A stretch of 45,805 nucleotides of DNA from Escherichia virus fEg-Eco19. The stretch lies in the sequence record NC_073314.1; one strand, written 5' to 3'. The position numbers and the translations under genes were made by a program. The notes beneath the pieces are model-generated. The model did no database searches and was not told where the DNA came from. It was given only the letters and a program-made list of their open reading frames with translations. Position 1 is the stretch's first letter, and every line of letters starts with the position of its first letter. Positions 34,495-41,451 of this stretch are shown here, piece after piece.

Positions 34495-37400
34495 TTACTT
34501 AGCATAGCGTTTCAACTCCGCACCTTCCGCTACAAGAGGGAAGCCTTCTGCCCACTCCGGCAACGCGCACATTAATTTCTCCAGTTCAGCCACCGTGTAC
34601 TCTGGGGTGTCCGGAGTTTCACACACCAGTTCATCGTGTACCGAAAGCACGATAGGATACCCACCACCCTCAACGTTAATCATCGCATATGCCAGTAAAT
34701 CACGGCACAGCGCCTGAACAATGTTTTCACAGGCTTTGCCGCCGTGTGTGTATAGAGTTGTCCATTGGCGGGTTAACTGGTTTTCACCCTGATACTTGAT
34801 TCGCACATTCGTGTTCATCCGTCCGTCTTCGTCTGTTTCCTTTGTCACGCTAACGCCGATTCCCGGATACGAGAGGATACGGCCCGACGGCAACTCCATA
34901 CACAACCACCAACCAGGAACCTTCCTGCCGGATGAATCAAATTCTACAGTACGCCATATGCGGATAGCCCTTTCCCCATTCCTGCGCAAGTGTGCCCCCG
35001 CCCAAAATTCACGACCGGGATTACGAACAGCAGCTAAAATTCCGTCTTTAAGGTCGCGCCAGAACGCTACTGTTTCCGGGTGTGACTCGCGCCACATACG
35101 CTTGATTGCGTCACATGTGCGCCACACTTTCTTATCAAGAATATACGATGGTCGGTCATCCTTTTCACCCGGATGCGGTGGTCGCTTGGCTTCCTGAATA
35201 CGCGCCCACTCATACCCACGCGCGGTAGCAGCCCAGATGTGGTCGGGGAAAGTCCCGTCCATTGTTTTTGCCATCTCAATAAGGTCAAGACCTAAGTTTT
35301 TAGCGAACGTAACGAATGCTCCGACGCCGCCTTCGTATCCGAGTCCAAGCTCGCAGTTATGCGCCACAAGAAAGCCAGAGTCGGAAGCGATAAGAAAACG
35401 GTTGCCGTCTTCCACATCAATCAGGTCGTACACTGGCTCGCAGTAGGTTAATTTCCCGTTCAAGCTCAGCAATGCGGGCAACGGCTGCATCATACTTTCG
35501 TTGAAGCTCAGGTATTCGCCGTCTGTTACGGCAGTTTTCAGAACGGCTGACAAACCGAATGTTTCCAGGTTCGTAGTTACCGTCTGTGTCGATTCTATCC
35601 ATTTCGAGGTTCGGGTCATCCCAGCCTTCCAGAGTTTGAACATATCTAAGAAAAGACCTTTTATCAGTCCTCCACTGGTCAAATACCGTGATGCCTCTTG
35701 CCCCATAGTTTTTATAACCCTTATCCCTGGGGCTTGTTGTCCGCGTGATTGCCGCGGACAGCCGGTTGAGTAATCGCGTTCTGTGCACATCATCCGGCAT
35801 TGCGTCTTCGTAGCAGAAATATTGTTTACGATATTTTTTTGTTGCTTCAAGGGCGCAACGGTTGCATTGAGTGGTTTTACCTGCTCTGACATTGTCATAA
35901 TAGACCCGCCCCGGCATCTCTCCGCAATCACATTGGACGAGTAGTTGTCTTTGGCCTTGTCGTTTTGGTAACTCGCGCAGGATAACCAGGCGTCCATACC
36001 TATCTCCAGGGCGCGGTCCATCATATATTTGTTTGAAACGAGTTGCTTTGCCTGCTTCCAGGAATGCGTCAAGATTTTGTGGTCTTCGGTCATTAGCACC
36101 CCGTCCACATTTATCACCGGTTTCCACCCCATAAGGTGCGCGCCTTTTGTATTCACCCATTTTTCGCCACTCCATACTTTATCTGTCGATGTGACCGCCA
36201 TAATATCCTTAAATCCGCCATAGGTCAAAACTTGGGTATGGCGGTGAAGGCAGGCTTTACCAATCTGGCGTAAGTCTTTGCGTTCTTTCTTAATGTAATC
36301 CGGCTCCATACCAAACATCTTACCCGCGGTTACGCAGTAAATATCCAACCCGGCGCGGAACGTATCGAGCGCGGTTTCTTCACCAGCCAGCCACGCAAGC
36401 CCTCGGCCTTCAACGTTAGAGTAATCGGCAACAACAAACTTATGTCCGGCTTCCGGTATGATGCAGCTACGAACGGTCGATGCCGTTAGCTTGGCCACAT
36501 CGAAACGGCGATGGGCGCGACCCTTAAGTAACGCCGAAATGCCTTTATCCAGCTCATCATCGTGATAGTAACCGCGTGCCAGGTTCTGCGGCTGGAAGCC
36601 TTTACCAGCCCATCGCAGAGTACGTTTTGCCCCACCGTACTGCAAGCAACCACGACGGCGGTCGTCGGACGAGCGGCCTAACAGCAATGGGTTATATTTC
36701 GTTGACGCGGTAGACGCGGCCCCGAGGCGCATTTCGATAATCGCGCGAGCGTCGTCTGGTAAATCATCATCCGAAAGCAGGTCATTAAGCGTCGACTTCT
36801 GCGCATTGTGGATGCGGTGCGCTGGGGCAAGCTCACGCAGAATCGGCAGAAAGTCCTTACCAGTAAGCGAGCCGCCGTATTTGCGTTGGGCTTCTTCCTG
36901 CAACCGTGCCTTGTGCTTCTCCACAGCTTCAATCGCGGCTTCTGCCAGGGCAACGTCAACCTTAAACCCGCGGTCGTTGATTAACTGGTCCAGTTCCAGT
37001 ACACGGTCTTCGAACTCGGAGTTACCCCACCGCGGCAGCTTATGGAAGACTTCACGCATTGCGGTGATGTCACTCACGGCGTATTTGATGAACAGTACCC
37101 ACTCGTCCGGGTGTGTTTCAGCGGTGTAGCGACGGATTTTGTAGTTCTTCGGCGTCGGTTTAGAGAAACGCTGAATCAGCGCCTTGCCTCGTTTGTCTTT
37201 CGCGTTGTCTGCTGACACGCCCAGCACTTCGCACAACGCATCGAGGGAACCCGGCAGCGCGTGACGAAACGCCCAAATCATCGTATCAATGGTGTTGCCT
37301 ACAGGAATATCAAAGTCCCAGCAGTGTTTCATGATGAGCCTATCGAACATTGAGCCGTTGTGCCATACCATCTTGATGCGACTGTTCGGCTTAACCAGAC

Positions 37401-37593
37401 GGCGTAGAGCGCGGTGTAAATCACCCGGCATGTCGCTGCCGTCGGTGCAATCCCATACCTGCACAGGCTCGTCGTCAAAGGCATAGGTACAGATGAGCAC
37501 TTCGGTTGACGGGTGTTCGGCGTAAGCGTAGGAGCCGACTTTCTTCAAATCGGCTTCGGAGAATGTTTCAAAGTCCAGGTATAAGTAGCTCAT
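34495..37593 (-). CDS. family A DNA polymerase with 3'-5' exonuclease domain, interrupted by an intein in motif B
   Basis: Exo motif LYLDFETFS, motif A VVADYSNVEGRGLAWLAGEE, motif B split as RQIGKA | intein | CELGLGYEGG; likely start is the internal ATG (MSYLYLDFET) with AAGGA RBS, track ORF starts at an upstream TTG. Confidence 0.85.
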   Translation of the reverse strand: MSYLYLDFETFSEADLKKVGSYAYAEHPSTEVLICTYAFDDEPVQVWDCTDGSDMPGDLHRALRRLVKPNSRIKMVWHNGSMFDRLIMKHCWDFDIPVGNTIDTMIWAFRHALPGSLDALCEVLGVSADNAKDKRGKALIQRFSKPTPKNYKIRRYTAETHPDEWVLFIKYAVSDITAMREVFHKLPRWGNSEFEDRVLELDQLINDRGFKVDVALAEAAIEAVEKHKARLQEEAQRKYGGSLTGKDFLPILRELAPAHRIHNAQKSTLNDLLSDDDLPDDARAIIEMRLGAASTASTKYNPLLLGRSSDDRRRGCLQYGGAKRTLRWAGKGFQPQNLARGYYHDDELDKGISALLKGRAHRRFDVAKLTASTVRSCIIPEAGHKFVVADYSNVEGRGLAWLAGEETALDTFRAGLDIYCVTAGKMFGMEPDYIKKERKDLRQIGKACLHRHTQVLTYGGFKDIMAVTSTDKVWSGEKWVNTKGAHLMGWKPVINVDGVLMTEDHKILTHSWKQAKQLVSNKYMMDRALEIGMDAWLSCASYQNDKAKDNYSSNVIAERCRGGSIMTMSEQVKPLNATVAPLKQQKNIVNNISATKTQCRMMCTERDYSTGCPRQSRGQQAPGIRVIKTMGQEASRYLTSGGLIKGLFLDMFKLWKAGMTRTSKWIESTQTVTTNLETFGLSAVLKTAVTDGEYLSFNESMMQPLPALLSLNGKLTYCEPVYDLIDVEDGNRFLIASDSGFLVAHNCELGLGYEGGVGAFVTFAKNLGLDLIEMAKTMDGTFPDHIWAATARGYEWARIQEAKRPPHPGEKDDRPSYILDKKVWRTCDAIKRMWRESHPETVAFWRDLKDGILAAVRNPGREFWAGAHLRRNGERAIRIWRTVEFDSSGRKVPGWWLCMELPSGRILSYPGIGVSVTKETDEDGRMNTNVRIKYQGENQLTRQWTTLYTHGGKACENIVQALCRDLLAYAMINVEGGGYPIVLSVHDELVCETPDTPEYTVAELEKLMCALPEWAEGFPLVAEGAELKRYAK
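35356..36252 (-). mobile_element. intein (299 codons) in DNA polymerase motif B
   Basis: Hint blocks in polymerase frame: N-terminal CLHRHT, block B LMTEDHKILT, blocks F/G VYDLIDVEDGNRFLIASDSGFLVAHN followed by Cys. Confidence 0.7.
35417..36175 (-). CDS. HNH endonuclease ORF inside the intein, in a different frame from the polymerase
   Basis: 252-codon ORF offset from polymerase frame (37647-36175=1472, not a multiple of 3); GYKNYGARGITVFDQW...EGW...DRIDTDGNYEPGNIRFVSRSENCRNRRR; shares EGW...DKD...YSP motif with 18559..19191 and 24270..24920. Confidence 0.55.
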   Translation of the reverse strand: MEWRKMGEYKRRAPYGVETGDKCGRGANDRRPQNLDAFLEAGKATRFKQIYDGPRPGDRYGRLVILRELPKRQGQRQLLVQCDCGEMPGRVYYDNVRAGKTTQCNRCALEATKKYRKQYFCYEDAMPDDVHRTRLLNRLSAAITRTTSPRDKGYKNYGARGITVFDQWRTDKRSFLRYVQTLEGWDDPNLEMDRIDTDGNYEPGNIRFVSRSENCRNRRRIPELQRKYDAAVARIAELEREINLLRASVRPD

Positions 37594-37745
37594 TTCTTTT
37601 TCCTTAAATCCAGTGCCTTCGTTTCGCTTAATCTTATTTTCATACAATCACGACAAATCCACACATGTCTGTACCCGGCGCGGTACTCATCCGCGTACCA
37701 CGGAAGTGGCTTCATGTATCGGTATACGTGCTTGCAGAAAAACAT
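37590..37745 (-). CDS. small Cys-rich protein (51 aa), coupled to polymerase start
   Basis: Translated by eye (MFFCKHVYRYMKPLPWYADEYRAGYRHVWICRDCMKIRL...); stop overlaps polymerase ATG as ATGA. Confidence 0.25.
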   Translation of the reverse strand: MFFCKHVYRYMKPLPWYADEYRAGYRHVWICRDCMKIRLSETKALDLRKKK

Positions 37746-37758
37746 TATTTTCGACCCT

Positions 37759-37785
37759 TAGTAAAAAGGCCCAATGAAGGGCCTC
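37759..37785 (-). terminator. rho-independent terminator (minus strand)
   Basis: Reverse complement: AGGCCC-ttcatt-GGGCCT followed by TTTTACT; just downstream of the SSB-like gene stop. Confidence 0.45.
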
Positions 37786-37804
37786 AGTTAAATTGGTTCA
37801 GATA

Positions 37805-38437
37805 TTAACGGCGACGACGTTCGCGGCGAGGTGCTTCATCTTTTTCATCGTCATCGTCTTCCAGGTCATTGACGCTTGCGGCGACTTTAGAACCACCAAA
37901 CGCTTTACCTTCGCCAACATATTTAATTGCCAGCAGGTTAACGCCTAGAACTTTATATTTCTGGCTGAACCAGATTTCAACGCTTACATTAGCTACGCAG
38001 CCACTGTAAACCTGTTCACCTTCAATCTGTTCGCCGTCTACGTTGAAGTCCTGCTCTACCTGAGTCTCTCCTTTTTTAGATGTTACAATCAGTGGCTGTT
38101 TCTGTGCCTTAGCTTTGAAGTAGAAGCCTTCCGGGAAGTCTTCAAACGGATTGTCGCGTTCAGCAATATCTTTAATTGCACATTTATCCATGTGCTTACC
38201 TTCGCCGTAGTTGGACTTCATCCACTTCTCGGCAGCGGCTGCACCTAACGCTTCTTCAACTACAGCGTAGACAGTGTCGTAGAGCGCGTCGATTTGCGCG
38301 TGGTCAGACGGCAGGATTATAGTCGCGCTGTACTGGCCTTTAGTGATGGAGCCATCATCGTTTTCACGGTCTTTTTCGCGTTCGAATACGTTAACCCAGG
38401 CAGTGTTTACTTTACGCAGATTCAGCTTAATACCCAT
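37805..38437 (-). CDS. putative single-stranded DNA-binding protein
   Basis: 210 aa with acidic DLEDDDDEKDE stretch near C-terminus, in replication module; assignment by analogy only. Confidence 0.35.
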   Translation of the reverse strand: MGIKLNLRKVNTAWVNVFEREKDRENDDGSITKGQYSATIILPSDHAQIDALYDTVYAVVEEALGAAAAEKWMKSNYGEGKHMDKCAIKDIAERDNPFEDFPEGFYFKAKAQKQPLIVTSKKGETQVEQDFNVDGEQIEGEQVYSGCVANVSVEIWFSQKYKVLGVNLLAIKYVGEGKAFGGSKVAASVNDLEDDDDEKDEAPRRERRRR

Positions 38438-38493
38438 ATCTCGATTCCTCAGTTTTTAGTTTACTCCGGGAAGCTGCCCGGCCAGTGATTAGA

Positions 38494-38522
38494 ACTATAA
38501 TAGCCAACTATTCAGGTGTCAA
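38494..38522 (-). promoter_or_regulatory. sigma70 promoter TTGACA-N17-TATAGT with AATAG-N4-CTATT palindrome in spacer
   Basis: Reverse complement reads TTGACAcctgaatagttggctatTATAGT. Confidence 0.5.
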
Positions 38523-38526
38523 CACT

Positions 38527-39768
38527 TTATTCCAAATCTTCTTCACTAACCTGATTCCACTCAGGCCGTTTGTCGTCTGCCGTTGTGATGCATGGGGCAC
38601 CTGGTTTACGTGTGATGAAGTCTTTCAGTTCTTCTTCCGGCACAACTTTAACCGCTTCGGTCGGCGTCATGAGCACTTCTTTAGTCAGCTTGTCGCCGTA
38701 GAGTTCTGTTACTTTCTCCGCGTCTTTCCACGCACGATTGCCCATCTTACCTTCAACCAGCTTGTACCCAGGAACTTTCTTACCGGAATGCAACGCGGCA
38801 GCCATAGCTTTCTCAACCTTGTCGATGTGCTGGCGCAACAACGGCAACTTCTCGTACTCAGCTACGAGTTCCTCCGGCGTAAGTTCCAGCGCAAAGTCGT
38901 CCTCCAGTTCTTCCGCCAGCACCGCGTTGACGGTTTTTGTACGCGCGGCGCACTGCTCTGAGAAACGGCACCATTGGCAACCGTCGACAGACGGCCTGAA
39001 GTCCGACGCTTTCAGGTTCTTTTTACCACGGAAATACGCATCAAGAGCTAACAGCGCCCGTTTCTGCGCAAACTTAGCGAACAGTTCCAGACCTTCAACC
39101 GAGATGTCCCACTCCGACGCGCCGCCAGCGTATGGCTGAAAGATGACCAGACGAACGGTTGTTATGTTATAACGTCTCTTGAGTCGGCGATAAACACCTA
39201 GAGCGTAGAGCATAAGCTGCTTGTTTTCTTTCGCTTCGACACGATGCCGTCCTGTTTTCAGGTCGCCGATGATAAGCATGTGCCCGTCAGTGTTAGCCAG
39301 TTCCTGAACGGCAACAAGGTCAGCGGTTCCGAACGTCTCAACGCCTTCATACCCAGGATGCAATACCTCAGTAAGATTGACGCGCATTTCCAGCTTGGCG
39401 TAAGTTGCTACATCGATAATCGGTTTGCAGTAGTCGGTGTACTTTCGCACCTGCTCAATCATGTCCGCCGTAATCAGTACCGCGCCTTTCATCGGGCTGA
39501 TTAGCGCCTTAATCTGGCCTTTACCCTCATCCAGCACGTAAGCGCCAACTTCACGCTCTAACGGCAACGCAGTGCCGCGGATATAAGCGTTGAGATGGAC
39601 TTCAGCTATGGTGTGGCACGCTGTCCCCGTAACGGCGGATTTACCCGACGTGTTAGGAATATCTTTTTCACAGGCCAGTGATGCGGCGCATGACAGCCAT
39701 TTTTTAGCACCTGACGGCGAAAGTAAGGCGTGAACATCGTTATTGCCGCCGCGTTCTTTTAGAATCAT
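38527..39768 (-). CDS. PD-(D/E)XK exonuclease, Cas4/RecB-like, with Cys cluster
   Basis: N-terminal SPSGAKKWLSC, GTADLV...IGDLKTG, QLMLYALG, and Cys cluster C-x...GCQWCRFSEQC. Confidence 0.65.
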   Translation of the reverse strand: MILKERGGNNDVHALLSPSGAKKWLSCAASLACEKDIPNTSGKSAVTGTACHTIAEVHLNAYIRGTALPLEREVGAYVLDEGKGQIKALISPMKGAVLITADMIEQVRKYTDYCKPIIDVATYAKLEMRVNLTEVLHPGYEGVETFGTADLVAVQELANTDGHMLIIGDLKTGRHRVEAKENKQLMLYALGVYRRLKRRYNITTVRLVIFQPYAGGASEWDISVEGLELFAKFAQKRALLALDAYFRGKKNLKASDFRPSVDGCQWCRFSEQCAARTKTVNAVLAEELEDDFALELTPEELVAEYEKLPLLRQHIDKVEKAMAAALHSGKKVPGYKLVEGKMGNRAWKDAEKVTELYGDKLTKEVLMTPTEAVKVVPEEELKDFITRKPGAPCITTADDKRPEWNQVSEEDLE

Positions 39769-40127
39769 CGTAAACTCTCCAAATACAAGTTTAATACCTG
39801 TAGCTGTTCTTCTGAGGGGGTGAAAGAATCATCGCGATGTAAGTCGCTTAACTGTTGCAACATTCCTGCGAACTGACGTCTTGCGTCAACAGCGGCCATG
39901 TGATGCTTTTCACTTTTGTATATTAATGTTTTCGGGTAATCCTCAAGCCTACCAGAAGATTTATTCACGCGGAGCGCCCGGGCTTCATGCGCAATGTGGA
40001 TGTACTTTTTGCCGTTTTGTAACACAGTAGCTACGCCGCTGTTCTTTCTGCGGTCACCGACGGTGTAAACCTTGTCACCGCTGCGCAAATTAAGCCACCA
40101 TTTATCCGTCATACCCTGCTCCCCCAC
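39765..40127 (-). CDS. hypothetical protein
   Basis: 120-aa ORF, GTG start, overlapping neighbours in operon. Confidence 0.4.
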   Translation of the reverse strand: MGEQGMTDKWWLNLRSGDKVYTVGDRRKNSGVATVLQNGKKYIHIAHEARALRVNKSSGRLEDYPKTLIYKSEKHHMAAVDARRQFAGMLQQLSDLHRDDSFTPSEEQLQVLNLYLESLR

Positions 40128-40381
40128 TGGTCAATTAAATGTCTGGTCTGGTGCTGGCAATGCATGGCCCATCCATACATCGACTCGAAGACATAAAAGT
40201 CAGGCTTGGCAAAAGTCGTGCGCTTAATCTGCGACACATGACGGCCTATATCTTTAGCCCGCGGTACTTTGCCTAAGTACGCCATCTCTTCCATCTGGTG
40301 CGCACCTGACGGCGCACGCAACAGCCACAACGCCTCTGTGTTATCCCGCCTGTCAACGGCGCGGTAGAGTTGGTAAATCAT
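40109..40381 (-). CDS. hypothetical protein
   Basis: 90-aa ORF in operon. Confidence 0.4.
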   Translation of the reverse strand: MIYQLYRAVDRRDNTEALWLLRAPSGAHQMEEMAYLGKVPRAKDIGRHVSQIKRTTFAKPDFYVFESMYGWAMHCQHQTRHLIDQWGSRV

Positions 40382-40391
40382 AATTACGACC

Positions 40392-40420
40392 CTCAGTTAA
40401 AGCGGCCCGAAGGCCGCGAG
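40392..40420 (-). terminator. hairpin terminator candidate (minus strand)
   Basis: Reverse complement: GCGGCC-ttcg-GGCCGC followed by TTTAACT; just downstream of the 40425..40925 stop. Confidence 0.4.
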
Positions 40421-40424
40421 ATAA

Positions 40425-40925
40425 TTATTCTTCTTCGAAATACTTGTTCTTGATTGCTGTCAGGCGTTCCAGGTACTCGGCCAGGTCTTCGTCTTTAATC
40501 GCGGCAATCTTCATCTTCTTACCGGTGAACTCTTCCAGCAGTTCATCAGAATCGTCGCACGCGGCATCGCTCGGACCTTCGTTAATTGCATCGTCGATAG
40601 CCTGAATCTGGTCACGAAGAGACTGGTAATCGACTTCTTCTTTCTCTTCTTCTGGTTCTGGCGTCGGCTCCTCTACTTTAGCTTTACGCGGCTTACGTTT
40701 TGGCTTCTCTTCTTCTGCCGGTTTAGTGTCGACGATGTCTTCACCTTCAACCGGGATTTCTTTTGTTTCTTCTTTAATACTTTCAGAGAACTGCTCAATT
40801 TTATGAGCGGCTACCGCGGCAGCCTCTTTGGCAGTAGTTGGCGCGAACTGTTTCGCACTATTCGCAGCAATCAGTTCATGTGCAACTACGAAACGTTCCA
40901 GTAATACTAAGAATTTCTCTAACAT
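40425..40925 (-). CDS. acidic coiled-coil protein, early gene
   Basis: 166 aa, Glu/Asp-rich with a central KPKRKPRKAK patch; driven by the strong promoter at ~40957-40985. Confidence 0.5.
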   Translation of the reverse strand: MLEKFLVLLERFVVAHELIAANSAKQFAPTTAKEAAAVAAHKIEQFSESIKEETKEIPVEGEDIVDTKPAEEEKPKRKPRKAKVEEPTPEPEEEKEEVDYQSLRDQIQAIDDAINEGPSDAACDDSDELLEEFTGKKMKIAAIKDEDLAEYLERLTAIKNKYFEEE

Positions 40926-41030
40926 TTGTTTCTCTCCTCTCGTTTGGTATGGGCTAACTATAATAGTGAACTATTCACATGTCAATGGGCTTTTCTAAAA
41001 TAATTAATATGGTACTATTCACATATCAAC
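40889..41030. repeat. direct repeat copy 1 (142 bp), divergent promoter/operator region
   Basis: Identical by eye to 41310..41451; contains the first 12 codons of ORF 40425..40925, TTGACA-N17-TATAGT (minus), an AATAG-N4-CTATT palindrome and a plus-strand TGgTACTAT extended -10. Confidence 0.7.
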
Positions 41031-41049
41031 TGACTAAGGAGTAATTAAA

Positions 41050-41265
41050 ATGCAACCATCTGAACTAGGCATTCGTGTAGAACAACGCCGTAAAGAACTC
41101 GGCATCTCCCAGCGCCGTCTGGCGGTGCTGACCGGGGTTTCCCAGGGCGCAATTAACCAGCTGGCACTTGGGGTAACCCAGGACGTCCGCCCGGCAACGC
41201 TGTTTAAACTGGCGGAAGTGCTGGAGGTAGACGCCAAGTGGCTGGCGCTAGGTGAAGGGGCTTAA
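41050..41265 (+). CDS. Cro/CI-type (XRE family) HTH transcriptional regulator
   Basis: 71 aa; ISQRRLAVLTGVSQGAINQLALG is a canonical XRE HTH; only plus-strand gene in a minus-strand module; GGAG RBS. Confidence 0.7.
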   Translation: MQPSELGIRVEQRRKELGISQRRLAVLTGVSQGAINQLALGVTQDVRPATLFKLAEVLEVDAKWLALGEGA

Positions 41266-41280
41266 TGCCCCTTTCTTTTT
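41256..41280 (+). terminator. rho-independent terminator
   Basis: AGGGGC-ttaat-GCCCCT followed by TTCTTTTT, overlapping the cro-like stop codon. Confidence 0.6.
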
Positions 41281-41309
41281 ACCTATTCCAAATCCTCCTC
41301 TTCCGATCT

Positions 41310-41451
41310 CGAAACGTTCCAGTAATACTAAGAATTTCTCTAACATTTGTTTCTCTCCTCTCGTTTGGTATGGGCTAACTATAATAGTGAACTATTCACA
41401 TGTCAATGGGCTTTTCTAAAATAATTAATATGGTACTATTCACATATCAAC
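41310..41451. repeat. direct repeat copy 2 (142 bp)
   Basis: Second copy of promoter/operator region plus a 12-codon 5' fragment of ORF 40425..40925; also contains the last three codons and stop of the primase gene. Confidence 0.7.

Noticed and set aside
34796-37486. Plus-strand ORFs (65-133 aa) antisense to the DNA polymerase gene
   Set aside because: Antisense to the polymerase, Ser/Arg-rich junk-like products, no expression signals.
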